Source: Anthoceros angustus (lineage: Eukaryota > Plantae > Anthocerotophyta). From it: a stretch of 64,000 nucleotides of DNA. The DNA lies in assembly GCA_010909165.1 (NCBI GenBank), contig MU008194.1, positions 124,001 to 188,000 of the forward strand. The letters are read 5' to 3'. A model generated the notes under the pieces. It had not been told where the DNA came from and made no database searches. It was given only the letters and a program-made list of their open reading frames with translations. The position numbers and the translations under genes are program-made. Shown here piece after piece: positions 11,616 through 23,201 of this stretch (within the stretch, counting starts at the first letter, position 1; each line of letters begins with the position of its first letter).

Positions 11616-11935
11616 ATGGCCTCCAATATCTCACTGTCCAAGGAAGACAGATTCGATGGGCAGCAACAAAATTTCCCCATCTGGAAATTCAGAATCACCG
11701 ATATCCTCAAGGAGAGGAAACTCTGGGAATTCGTGGGAGGAGTTGGCTCTCCACCAGTTCCTACACCACGCCCATCAGGTGCAAATGCCACAGATGCTCA
11801 AAAGGAAGAGTGGGACGATAAAAACCAGCAAGCCAAAAATGTCATCATGCAAGGCATGAGATCCGGAAATGTGCAACAGCTGGAAGGCACCGAGACAGCC
11901 GCAGAAGCTTGGCAATAGATCCACGACGTGTATGA
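11616..11935 (+). pseudogene. Copia gag N-terminal half (in-frame stop at 11916-11918, then the inversion breakpoint)
   Basis: RFDGQQQNFPIWKFRITDILKERKLWEFV...TAAEAWQ*IHDVYD. Confidence 0.9.
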
Positions 11936-12000
11936 TGCGATCATGCGCGCAGCCTTGCTGCGCGCATGATGCGCGCCTGCTACTTGATGTGCGCCTCGCA

Positions 12001-14330
12001 ATTGGGCGCCTGGATTTGCAGCACGTTGGCACTGATGGGAGCTGCCGGCGCCGGGGAAGTCGTGGTCGTCATCCTCACCCGAGCTGTGATCGTCCTCCTT
12101 GCCTAGGCTGTCTCCTCCTACAGGCTGTGAGCGACGGCCGAGGCTAGAGGACGCGGGCTGCATGGCTGGTGAGGAGGCGATCTCCTCCTCGTCAAAGTCG
12201 CCGAAGATGAAGGCGTGTGAAGGTGCTGGTTGGTGATGAAAATTTGGAACTAGTTGGGCAGGTTGTGGTGTTGCAGCTGACGGTTGTGAGTTGTGGTGTG
12301 GCCTGCGGTGTGGTGTGGTTTGTGCAGTGGTCTCCCATGGGGATGTCGTCGTCGCTATCTACAAGGTCTGTAAGAAGGTAGATGCTCCCACTGCAACTGA
12401 GCCCTGGCGCATGTCCTCTAAGAAGGTGACGTCCCGTGAGTGAGTCACTTTGTGAGTCCGTGGGTGCATGATTTTGAAGCCCTTGACACCATTGGTGAAG
12501 CCAATGAAGATGTGCTTACGTGCGTGTTCCTCTAACTTGGTTCTTGTGGCTTTAGGTACGTGTGCGTACAGGGAGAGCCCAACACCTTGAGGTTTGAGAG
12601 GTCAGGCTTGTGCCCCGTCCATGCTTCATAAGGAGTCTGTTGTGGCAGGGCAACTGTGATGGATCTGTTGATGAGGTAAACTACATGGGCCATGGCTTCT
12701 GGCCAGTATGTCTTTGGCAAGTTGGCATGTATCAGCATGGTCAACCCATAAATCTTGGACTGTCCTATTCATTCGTTCGGATACCCCATTTTGTTGAGAT
12801 GTGTGGGGTGTAGTTACTTGCTTGTTGATGCCGTGTGACTTGCAAAACTGCAGGAAATCGCTTGAACCATATTCTCCTCCTCCATCCGAACGGATTGTGA
12901 GGAGTTTCTCTCTTGTTTGCTTCTCAGCCCAGACAGTGTATTCCTGGAAATAGGTGAGAGCTTGAGATTTGTGCTTCAATAAGTAGAGGACAGTGAATCT
13001 GCTCATATCATTGATAACCAGCATGAAGTATAGGTATCAATGAATAGATCTCTTAAATGGTCCACAGACGTCAGAGTTTACTAACTCCAGTCATCTTGTT
13101 GATCTGCTGGTGGATTTAGGGAAAGGAGCTCACGATAACTCTTCCCGAGTGAGCATGCCTCGCAGATGCCGAACTCCTCCACATTGGTAAGTGTGATGCC
13201 TTTAGCTGCACCTGCTGAGAGCATTTGCTTCATCCTCTGTATCCCCATGTGGCCAAGTCTTGCATGCCATAAGTAGGATTTATTGTGCTTGGTTGCAGCA
13301 GATAGTGATAGAGCAAAGTTGTGACTTCTGTCCATGTTGAGGTGATACAAGTCATCGTTTCTAAGGTCTCCGGTGGTGATGAGCTCTCCTTGAGGTGTCT
13401 CCACAATGCAGTGGCCTTGTCCGAAGCATGCAAAGCAGCCAGACTCATCAATTTTGCGGACTGAAAGTAGGTTTTTAGTTAGTCCTGGAACATGCAGTAC
13501 ATCTGAAATTTGAAGTGTGCTTCCTAGTTTGAGGTTCAAGTCTACTGATCCTTGTCCTTCTATTGTGTGCCTTGTGTCGTCACCCAGGCTGACGAAGTGA
13601 GGAGGCTTAGAAGGTGTGAAGTCTTTGAAGTACTCTCGGTGTGGGGTCATATGCTGTGACGCCCCCGAGTCTATGTACCAAGAATGCTGTCCTTGAGCAG
13701 TCAGGCATGAAGCGACTAGAGCTGATGGTGGTGAGTGTGGCTTGGTGTTTTGTAGGCATAGGAATGCCTTTGAATGTCTCTTCATGGTTAAAGCTAATTG
13801 GCCTGATGCTTCTCCTCTGTCTCTCCTTTGATTATTGTCTGCCATGCGTTTTCGGCACTCCTCATATATGTGCCCTGGAATCTTGCAATAGCCGCATATC
13901 TTTTTCCAACTTGGGTTGAAGTTGCTGCGTCCTCTGGAGTAGGAGCCTCTGCCCCTCTGTGTCTGCTGCCCTCTATAGCTGGACCTGCCGCGGCCTCGAG
14001 CTCTTCCTCTGCCTGTGAAGTAGGCAGCACTAGAGGATTCCCCGCCAAAGGAGGTAGCGAATACCTTCCTCCTCGCTTCTTCTGTTAGCATAGCACTAAT
14101 TACTTTGTTTACTGTAAGTGGCACTGCACCTTGTAGGGATTGGACGACGGAGATCCACGATTTGGGTAGAGTGGATAGTAATATTGCTGCTGTTAGGTCT
14201 TCAGTCATAGTGAAGCCACAAGAGTGGAACTTGGCGGTCCAGCTCTTGAACAGCATGGTAGTACATCCACCTGGTTGCTTTCTAACATTCTTAAAGCGAA
14301 ATAATTCTTGATAGTGTGAACCGTGTGCAT
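12001..14330 (-). pseudogene. Inverted internal Copia segment: gag C-terminus, CCHC knuckle, protease, GAG-pre-integrase and integrase
   Basis: The minus strand reads LLSTLP, CGYCKIPGHIYEEC, WYIDSGASQHM, LWHARLGH, CEACSLGK, IRSDGGGEY and QQNGVSERMNRT. Confidence 0.93.
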
Positions 14331-14504
14331 GTGGGCGCGCGCATGATGCGAGGCGCACATCAAGCAGCAGGGCACGTGCATGATGTGAGGCGCACATGAA
14401 GCAGCAGGGCGTGCGCATGGTGCGCGCGGCGCGCGCGCGCGCGCGCGCGGCGCGCGCATGATGCGGCGCGCGCGCGCGCGCGCGCGCGCGCATGATGCGG
14501 CGCA

Positions 14505-16084
14505 ACAACGCCAACCTCGGCAATCCACTTGCGCTCCTCATCGCGCTGCAACTCTAGGGGTGCATCGGCCGGATCATCGCGACCCCAACCTCGGCCTTCA
14601 CCTCCAGCCCGACAGTGAGGAGATGGACACATCTTCTCGCCCTCTCGGCAGAGGTACACCAGGCTTGGGGTCGAGCGCTCATCCTCGGCCACGTACCTCA
14701 TACGATGAGGATAACGAGCATGTGGATACCAGGCCCGGTAGGCGTACACAACGTACAACTGCAGGTACTATACGGAGGTACTCTCCATCTGATTGGAGGG
14801 ACCCCAAAATGAATTTAGCACATTGTTTATCTGCGGCTATTGATCAATTTGTACCTGCCACTTATCATGAGGCTATTACATGTCCCGAAAGGGAAAATTG
14901 GAAAATTGCTATTAAATCGGAACTAGACTCACTAAGGGCTAACAAAACGTGGACTCTTACCACTTTATCTCCAGATAGAAAATTAGTAGGCTCCAAATGC
15001 ACATTTAAGATCAAGCTAAATGCAGACGGCAGCATAGAGAGGTACAAGGCCAGGTTAGTAGCTAAGGGTTATTCTCAGCAGCACGGGTTTGACTATGATG
15101 AAACTTTTAGCCCGGTACTCAAGATTACATCACTTAGAAGCCTTATAGCATTAGCATCTCACCATGATTATGAGCTGATGCAATTAGATATAAAAATGGC
15201 CTTCTTATATGGCGACCTACAACACACTATATATATGGAGATACCCGAAGGGATTAAAGTCGACAGACGACTATATAATGCATGCAAATTATTGAAAGCA
15301 CTCTATGGACTTAAACAAAGTGCTATGGAGTGGTATTCTAAGTTAGATGAAACTCTAGAGGCCTTAGGGTTTACCTAACTAGACTCCGATAGCAACATCT
15401 ACATTAGAAAGTCAGATGGTTGTTTCATTCTACTTGCAGTACACATAGACGATATTCTAGTGGGAGCACTCTCTCAGTTTCTATCATCTCCCACACAAGA
15501 ACACTGGAAGGCTATCAAGCGCATATTTAGATATCTTAGGTCTACTTCCGATATGGGACCAGTCCTCCACTAAGCAAGATGATCACCTTCAGCTTCAGGG
15601 ATACAGTGATGCTGATTGGGTAGGGGACAAGGGCGTAAGGAAGAGTACGAGCAGCTATGTGTACTTGCTCGGAGGCACGGCCACAAGCTGGAGCAGCAAG
15701 CGGCAACAAGTGATTGCCCTAAGCTCCACGGAAGCAGAATATTGCTCCCTCACACATGCTTGTAAAGAGGGACTATGGCAACTCCTACAACTGTCGGAAT
15801 TAGGAGAAGCTCAGTATCTTCCAAGAACCGTCTATTGCGACAACCAGGGAGCTATTTCACTCACCTACAGCTCTAAGTTCCACGTGCGTACTAAACACAT
15901 AGAGGTACAATTCCATTTCATCTGGAAAGTAGTGAAGGACAGAAAGTTCGAAGTCCTATACTGGCCGACGGAACAAATGATAGCTGACATCCTTACCAAG
16001 GCACTCAGCTCCGCCAGACACCAGCAGCACTGTGCGTCAACGGGCTTAAGAAGACTATCTCAAGGTTTTTTTGGTAATGGCTAG
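14505..16084 (+). pseudogene. Copia RT and RNaseH, with stops and an internal deletion just after the catalytic (HIDD) motif
   Basis: RYKARLVAKGYSQQHGFDYDETFSPV, QLDIKMAFLYG and ALYGLKQS are present. HIDDILVGALSQF runs directly into LSSPTQEHWKAIKRIFRYL. SDADW, ALSSTEAEY and TKHIEV follow. Confidence 0.93.
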
Positions 16085-16323
16085 TACTAAATACTTAAGT
16101 ATAAGTCCTAAGTCTAATGCTAGCTCACTAAGTGGGAGTGTAGAAATAGTAGTGTATCTAGCATTATTTAGGGCACGTTTTGGCTAGTTCACGAACCGAT
16201 ACACATGAAGCGGTTAGTCCAAGGCACCGCTTCACCATACGAACGTAACATGTACTTCTCAGATGATCAATCTATGATTCTCTCTTGCACAGCACTCGAT
16301 CCGAGATACACTGAATTATGTCA

Positions 16324-16641
16324 GGGCCTACCACAACAATAAGGGCGGGGTTGGCCTCCCCCTTTCCAGTAATGTGGGTGGGTTTCCATCGCCCTGCAAA
16401 GGGCGTTGGCCAACACTATCTTTAGGACAATCACGAGTGCTGGAGACACGGCATCGGCAGCACCAGCGGTAAGTAGGCCCTTCTCTATCTTGGACACGGT
16501 GACATCTTCGGGGCAGTTGGGAGTTATAGGGTAGATTAGTGTGGGGGCACGCCCCCATGGCCTGGTGCCTCGTCGTGGATTGTCCCGAGGCGTAGATAGG
16601 GATTTCCCATCTCGTTCTTTTTATAAAGTCTCCACATTTCT
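16324..16641. mobile_element. Truncated terminal (LTR-like) fragment related to the element end at 52.33-52.55 kb
   Basis: It shares GACATCTT...GGG(A/G)GTTATAGG...GGGCAC...CCATGGCC...GGTGCC...CGTCGTGG...TCGTTCTTTTT...AAGTCTCCACATTTCT with 52435-52549. Confidence 0.65.
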
Positions 16642-16960
16642 ACTCCAAGACGATAAGAAAGTTACCTTATTTGGGTACTCCAAATCGCAATACGTAATAT
16701 GAAATGGATCATTACTTGTTTGCCTAATTGTCATTCTTATTGTTAAACACTAGCTATATTCTCAATATTTCTTGTAATATTTAATCTACTCAATGGGTAT
16801 ATATTCTAGTGATGCTTATTTACGATATGACTATATATATATAAAATCATCCCATATCATATAGTCCTCTATTTAGATTTATTAATAATTTATATAAAAG
16901 TAATAAAAATATTAATATCCTCAACAGTTGGTATGAATGCCTTAATGGATCAAAAGAACT

Positions 16961-18092
16961 CTAAGCCCGCCTCACGAGCTGCGCGGAAGGGCCACGCAAG
17001 AACACTAAGGCCTCCTCCCACAGCTGCTCCCCAAGGGACTGCGAGTAATCTCCTGCAGGAAAGGACTGTTTGCTGAAGATGAATGTGTTAGCAGTGTGCT
17101 CAATTGGAAAGGTGCGACCAGGCCTCCTTCCGTACCCGCGACGGTTACAGTAGTTCGGATAGCAAGCACGGTTGAACACTCTCGTCTCTTGCAGGATCAA
17201 TCCGTTGTTTTTCGCATGCTTCTCGAGTTTCCACTGGTTGTATGGATAACCAGCTTTGTGCGAAATATGCACCTGCCCATCCCTGGTCAGCATTTTCCCC
17301 GCGTTCAGCATGAATTGCCCCACCAAACTGGAATGTTTTCTGCGAGGAGCAACGATGGAGAAGCCTATCAGACTTTCAGACGGTATTAACGTAGTACGCA
17401 ACTGTATAAATATATGAATACAGCCAAGGAATTCACAAGCCGCAAGTATGTGACACAACTAGGAAAAAGCAAAGCACAGGAGGAATCTGGAACGACGTAC
17501 TCGATATTTCGTGGATTAGTCTCTCCTCCCCCGCAAGCAAATCCTGCATGGGGGAAATTGAAGATAATCCTGTCGAAGAGCATTCCTCCAAGTGAAAGGT
17601 GTTCTTGCATGGTGGTTGCATCCACACCATGAAAGATACAAGCTCCACCCGCCCGCAGCAGCCTCAGAGAACGGTACGCAGCAGGATACTTTTTAAGCAC
17701 CTCTTCTGGCCACGACTCCAAGCGAGCACAGTTCAGTTAAGCAGCTTAATTGCACGTTCCACAAGAAATCTGCCAGCAAAACATCTCACTCCAGATGTCT
17801 GTCTCTACTTACCGTCGCCTCAGGCCCTCAGCTGCTTGTACAAGCTCAGGACGTAATCAACCACGCAGCCAATTCTTCACACCAGCAAAACTACGACACG
17901 CCTGCAGACAACTTCAGCAAGAGCTTCCCGAGCTCGTGCAACAAATGACAGACACCAACCTTTGGTATCGAGTGAAGTAGCCACGACGTTGCCGTAGCTG
18001 GGGAAGGCTGATGATATTGCGAGCGCAAACGAGAAGTCTCCCTCGCCTACCAGCAGAATTTTGTGCGAGCTCTTGTATTCAATTTCCGCCAT
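16961..18092 (-). CDS. DUF2431 / BMT5-like (25S rRNA uridine-N3 methyltransferase-like) domain protein, 3 exons: 18092-17960, 17705-17501, 17339-16961
   Basis: KILLVGEGDFSFALA, VATSLDT, HGVDAT, FDRIIFNFPHAG, HISHK and YCNRRG are present. The GT-AG introns keep the frame. Confidence 0.92.
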
Positions 18093-19113
18093 GCTCAAAA
18101 CTCAGCAGCTTGCGCTCCTACGACCGGCTCGCAGCTCGCAGCTCGCGGCTCGTTCAAACAGTTCCTTCGTGGCAGGCAGGCTAGGTGCAGGCAAGCTTCA
18201 CTTTCGGCCCGGCAAAGTTGCTTACAATTGAGCTTCCGTCATAAATGCATAGATCCCTGAGATATCCGTGATCATTCCCGGCGGCGGGAAGGTTTTTTTA
18301 CGCTCCGCCATAACTCACGCCCGGACCTCAACTCACGAGTCACGCCCCAACCTCTGAGAATGATCCTACCTACATTGTTTTAGGACCGAGACCGAAAGAT
18401 AAAAACTCTTCGACCAGTAACTGACCTTTGACTCACAATCGGGACTCGTCCTCTTTTGGACGTCCTGGATTAAACTCACCTGAACTCCCGCCCCGGCCTC
18501 CAATTCGTCAAAACGGAAGAGATTCCGTAAACGGGTCTCGTAATGTGAGTCAAGAAACGGGAGGCGAATGGCGAAACTCGGGAGCCGATTTCGCCTTGGG
18601 CCCTACGTCGCCGCCATGGGCATGTCTGACCTGGAAGCTGGTTGGAGCGCAACACTTCGCATTAGCGCATTGTCTCAGCTTTGATCAAAGGTAGCGTCTG
18701 GATTTAGTTGGCAAGTGGCTAACCCGGACTTAGGATGGTGTTCTGCTCTCTGAAAGTGGTGCTGCCGTGTAAAACATGTGCGAGGCTGGGGTTTGATGTC
18801 AATCATCTGAGATCAATCATCTGGCTTTTTCATTTATTTCGCTTAGCTGAAGCCTGAGACTTTTCTAGTTGTTGCGCTAGGCTTGGAAGATCGGCATATA
18901 TGAGGGAGGTTGAAGGGGAGGTAATGCAGCTATGTAGAGGATGGAGTAGGGGTGGCAAGGGAGCTCTATGTTGTAACCGTGAGGCATGGGGAGATCCAGT
19001 CATGCCATGGGTGCATGGCAATGTAATGTATGGTGGCAAGACAAGAAGACTGTGGAAGTGGGATGGCTGTGGCAAGGGCAAGATGGGGGTAGATACCCGG
19101 CATCTCTGCTCCG

Positions 19114-22100
19114 ATGATGATGAGGTCTCTCCGAATGGGCAGACTTGTGCACGGTCTTTCCAAGAAATTCAAAGGCCGTTTGTCTGCAGCTGGGTCTCCA
19201 TGTGTGTGCCCTATAGAGCATTTGAGCACCTGTACTGAGCTGGGTGTTTCGGATGATGGGACTTGCTCAAATGGTGCAAGCGGCAATGCAGGAGATGACA
19301 TCCTGCCTGACGCGAATGGCGCAGCCCAGGGGGTTGCTGTTTTGGATCAGGACCACATCAGCTTTTATGCATCAGTTTTACTCGACTGCATTCGAAGAAG
19401 AGATCTTGCACGGGGCAGAAAGGTGCATGCCCAAATCATCAACTGTGGGTATGGTACAAACAGCCACCTGGGGAACACTCTTGTTCGCATGTATGCAAAA
19501 TGTGGTAGGCTGCTGGATGCACGCCAAGTTTTTGATAAGCTGGCTGATCGGGATGGGCTCACTTGGTCTGCCCTTATATCTGCATATGTTAAACAGAGGC
19601 ATAGTCAAGACGCTGGCAAATTATTTGAGCAGATGAGGCTGTCTGATCTATCTTTGACCAACAGTGTTGCACTCATCAGTATTCTTAAGGCCTGCGGGAC
19701 CTTAGGAGACTTGAAACAGGGCCGACTCATTCATTCTCAAGCTGTAAGACTGGGATTGGAGAGAGATATGTATGTGAGCAGCTCCTTGATCACTATGTAC
19801 ATGCATTGTGGAAGTGTGGAGGATGCTACGCGAGTCTTTGAGCAGTTGCCTGAACGAGATGTGGTATCCTACAATGCCATGATTGCTGGATACGCTCAAA
19901 ATGGGCGCGGAGAAGAGGCTATTGCACTTTTTTATTGTATGCTACTGGACGGTTTGATTCCAACTCCATCTTCCTTTGTGAGCGTACTTAAAGCCTGTGC
20001 CAGTGTTGAAGCCCTTGAATATGGCATGCACATACACTCTAAAGTGGTCGAATCTGGCTTTGAAAGTGATGTTGTTGTTGGAAACGTTCTTGTACACTTC
20101 TATGTGAAAAGTAGGAACATTGAGGAGGCACGCCAGGTGTTCCACAATCTGAGCAGTCGTGATGTGGTAACATGGAGTGCCATGATTGCTGGATGTGCTC
20201 AACATGCATGTGGAGAGGAGGGACTCGCACTTTTTCGGCAAATGCAGTTGGAAGGGATACTTCCCAACATTGTGACGTTTGTGAATATTCTAAAAGCATG
20301 TACTAGCCTGGAGTCACTAGAACAGGGAAAGATCATCCACAACCAAATTGTTGAAAGTGGATTGGATAGACATATTCTGGTGGGAACTACACTTGTTGAC
20401 ATGTATGCCAAGCATGGCAGTATGGAAGCTGCCTACCAAGTATTCCGTAGTTTGTCCAGACGAGATCTAGTGGCATGGAATGCTATGATTACAGGATGTT
20501 CACAGCATGGACATGGTGAAGAAGCTCTCATGTACTTCAGCCAGATGAGTGAAGAAGGCCTAGAGCCAAACGATGTGACATTTTTGAGCTTGCTCAAAGC
20601 ATGTGCCAGCTTGCAGACCTTGGAATATGGGGCTGTATTACATTCTGAGCTTACAAAGAGAGGATATGCGATAGAGGGAGTTGTGGGAAATACCCTCATT
20701 GACATGTATGTGAATTGCAGCAACCTTCAAGAGGCTAGGCAGGTCTTTGATAGGTTGTCCAAGCGAGATATAGTCTCTTGGAATGCGTTGATTGGCGGGT
20801 ATGCTCAGCACAATTGTGCTGATGAGGCTCTTACGCTCTTTGGTCTAATGCAGAGGGATGGCGTTAAGGCAGACAATGTGACTTTTGTCAGTGTTCTGAA
20901 GGCATGTGACAGTCTCGGGGCACTGGAACAAGGTAAGGTGGTTCATCATCACATTGTCAGAAGAAAGATTGAGGGTGACTTGTTTTTAGGGAGCACCCTT
21001 ATTCAAGTGTATGCCACTTGCCAAAGCCTAGTGGATGCTCGTGAGGTTTTTGAGAAGATGTCTCATGAAGATGTGGTGCCCTGGAATGTGATGATTGGAG
21101 GATATTGCCAGCAGGGCATTACTGAAGAAGCGCTCACCCTTTTTGGTGAAATGCAATGTGCAGGCGTGAAACCAAATGCTGTGACGGTCCTCAGCATTCT
21201 CAAAGCATGCGCAACAGTCCCAAGTCCAGCAGCTCTTGAACAGGGCAGAAGGATTCACTCGTACATAGCTCAGAATGGCTTGGCCTCGGATGAACTTGTG
21301 GGCAATGCTCTTGTGCACATGTATGCAAGCTGTGGATGCCTTCAGGATGCTGAGCAGGTCTTTCACTTGTTATCGAGACGTGATGTTGTTTCATGGAATG
21401 CTTTGATTGCAGGGTATGCCCAGCATGGTTGCAGTGAGGAGGCTATGAGTTGCTTCCAGCGTATGCATCAAGGGGGAATGAGACCGGACAATATCACATT
21501 TATCAGTATTTTGAAAGCATGCGCAAGCCCAGAGCATCTTAAGCAGGGCAGGACGATTCACGCTCAGGTCATTGAACAAGGATTTGAACCGGAGATAGTA
21601 ATTGGAAATGCACTTGTGGACATGTATGCTAACTGCGGTGACTTAGAGGGTGCACGGGAGGTTTTTGACCATTTGCCACAGCATGACATTGTATCCTGGA
21701 ATTCTATTATTGCAGGCTATTCCCAGCATGGGCATGTGGAGGAGGCCTTTGAACTTTTCGGCTTTATGCAAGATGACGGCACGAAACCAGACAATCTAAC
21801 CTTTGCAACCATGCTTAATGGATGTGCAAATTATGTAGCCCTGCAGCAAGGTATCTTAATCCATGATGCAGTTATCCAGAGTGGATTTGACACAGATGTT
21901 TTGGTTGGGAACACCCTTGTTGATATGTATTCAAAATGTGGCAACTTAGAGAATGCGTGCAAAGTGTTCAACAAGCTGCCAAAACAAGTTGTCTCGACTT
22001 GGAATACAATGATCGCCGGATATGGCCGTCATGGGCAAGGCTTAAAAGCTCTGCAGTGTTTCAAGCAGATGCAAAACGAGGACGTGATGCCAAACTCTCT

Positions 22101-22716
22101 CACCTATCTATGCCTTCTCTCTGCATGCAGCCATGCTGGACTAGTAGAGGAAGCGTATCATCTGTTTAGATCTATGAGCTCGGACTATGAGATTCACCCA
22201 AGCATGGAGCATTACTGCTCTTTGGTGGATGCTCTTGGCCGTGCAGGTCGCTTAGATGAAGCTGAAGACGTTGTTGACAAGATGCCAATGGAACCAGATG
22301 TTGCAGTGTGGACCTCTCTGTTGGGTGCCTGTAAGAGCCACCTGAATATCGAGATAGGTAGACGTGCAGCTGCACAAATATTGAAGCTAGAGCCAAATAA
22401 TACTGCTGCCTACCTCCTCCTCATGGATATCCTTGCCGCAGCGAACATGTGGGATGAGGTAGCCAGGATAAAGACCACTATGAGGGAATCTGGTATGAAA
22501 AAACTAGTGCCAGGTCTTTGTTGGATTGAAGCCGACAGTATGGTACATTCATTTGTTGCAGGTGAACGATCTCACCCTGAAAGCAAGGAAATCCATGCCG
22601 AGCTAAAGAAGTTAACAGGACCATTAGAAGGGGTGGGGTACGTTCCCATACTGCATTGGAAGCAATCGAGAGACTGGATACTCAATGCGAAGCCTTTAGC
22701 AAACTGCGTAACGTGA
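19114..22716 (+). CDS. PLS-class pentatricopeptide repeat protein (29 P/L/S motifs counted by eye, plus E1, E2, PG box and E+), probable organellar RNA-editing specificity factor
   Basis: Intronless 1200-aa ORF with regular L-S-P triplets, P2-L2-S2 (LLSACSHAGLVEEA; HYCSLVDALGRAG), then VWTSLLGACK and PGLCWIE...HSFVAGERSHP...GYVP, followed by 22 unrelated residues and a stop. The N-terminus is Arg/Lys-rich. Confidence 0.97.
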   Translation: MMMRSLRMGRLVHGLSKKFKGRLSAAGSPCVCPIEHLSTCTELGVSDDGTCSNGASGNAGDDILPDANGAAQGVAVLDQDHISFYASVLLDCIRRRDLARGRKVHAQIINCGYGTNSHLGNTLVRMYAKCGRLLDARQVFDKLADRDGLTWSALISAYVKQRHSQDAGKLFEQMRLSDLSLTNSVALISILKACGTLGDLKQGRLIHSQAVRLGLERDMYVSSSLITMYMHCGSVEDATRVFEQLPERDVVSYNAMIAGYAQNGRGEEAIALFYCMLLDGLIPTPSSFVSVLKACASVEALEYGMHIHSKVVESGFESDVVVGNVLVHFYVKSRNIEEARQVFHNLSSRDVVTWSAMIAGCAQHACGEEGLALFRQMQLEGILPNIVTFVNILKACTSLESLEQGKIIHNQIVESGLDRHILVGTTLVDMYAKHGSMEAAYQVFRSLSRRDLVAWNAMITGCSQHGHGEEALMYFSQMSEEGLEPNDVTFLSLLKACASLQTLEYGAVLHSELTKRGYAIEGVVGNTLIDMYVNCSNLQEARQVFDRLSKRDIVSWNALIGGYAQHNCADEALTLFGLMQRDGVKADNVTFVSVLKACDSLGALEQGKVVHHHIVRRKIEGDLFLGSTLIQVYATCQSLVDAREVFEKMSHEDVVPWNVMIGGYCQQGITEEALTLFGEMQCAGVKPNAVTVLSILKACATVPSPAALEQGRRIHSYIAQNGLASDELVGNALVHMYASCGCLQDAEQVFHLLSRRDVVSWNALIAGYAQHGCSEEAMSCFQRMHQGGMRPDNITFISILKACASPEHLKQGRTIHAQVIEQGFEPEIVIGNALVDMYANCGDLEGAREVFDHLPQHDIVSWNSIIAGYSQHGHVEEAFELFGFMQDDGTKPDNLTFATMLNGCANYVALQQGILIHDAVIQSGFDTDVLVGNTLVDMYSKCGNLENACKVFNKLPKQVVSTWNTMIAGYGRHGQGLKALQCFKQMQNEDVMPNSLTYLCLLSACSHAGLVEEAYHLFRSMSSDYEIHPSMEHYCSLVDALGRAGRLDEAEDVVDKMPMEPDVAVWTSLLGACKSHLNIEIGRRAAAQILKLEPNNTAAYLLLMDILAAANMWDEVARIKTTMRESGMKKLVPGLCWIEADSMVHSFVAGERSHPESKEIHAELKKLTGPLEGVGYVPILHWKQSRDWILNAKPLANCVT

Positions 22717-23201
22717 ATTGTGTTGCGCAAATTTTTGGAGTAGACATTCCTTTATCTGCTCATCACTGCAGAAATTCAGTCTTTGTCAAGTTACAGGTGC
22801 TTCGAGCCTCAGGGCTACCTGATAAGATAGCTCGCGCTTAGTCCCTGGCATTTTTGTCTGCTGAGCTCAGAAGGACGCAATACTTTAACTGACATACTTT
22901 GTAACTTGCAGGCTTTGCACCAACGTGGTGCCCAAAAATGAATTGATCCGCAACTAGTACTTATACTCCGCTGTTAAAAATTGAGGGGGTGACAGCAGAG
23001 GTAGCTTTCTATGGCCTCTACCTTATCATGCTAACTCTATCAAAGGGATATTCAAATGGCTAGCCTAGCAGCGCTACCCTTTTCCTCCCTCCCCTTGACT
23101 GGTGCTGATGCTTTTCCTGATCGCTTGTAGTCTCGAATCTGAGGCACATGCAACAGATTCTCAAGGCCATGAACAGCAGGGTCCTTCACCATTGAAAAAG
23201 G

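Larger units (their letters stand above)
10739..16323 (+). mobile_element. Ty1/copia LTR retrotransposon, defective, with an internal inversion
   Basis: 5' LTR 10739-10936 and 3' LTR 16139-16323 are both TG...CA, with about 8 substitutions and one 13-bp indel. PBS TGGTATCAGAGC (tRNA-iMet type) is at 10937-10948 and the PPT AAGTGGGAG precedes the 3' LTR. Gag, zinc knuckle, protease, integrase, RT and RNaseH motifs are present. Confidence 0.97.

Noticed and set aside
13081-15378. ORF-track proteins beginning with ARARAR / RARARA repeats
   Set aside because: These N-termini are translations of the (GC)n filler. Only the downstream Copia parts are meaningful.
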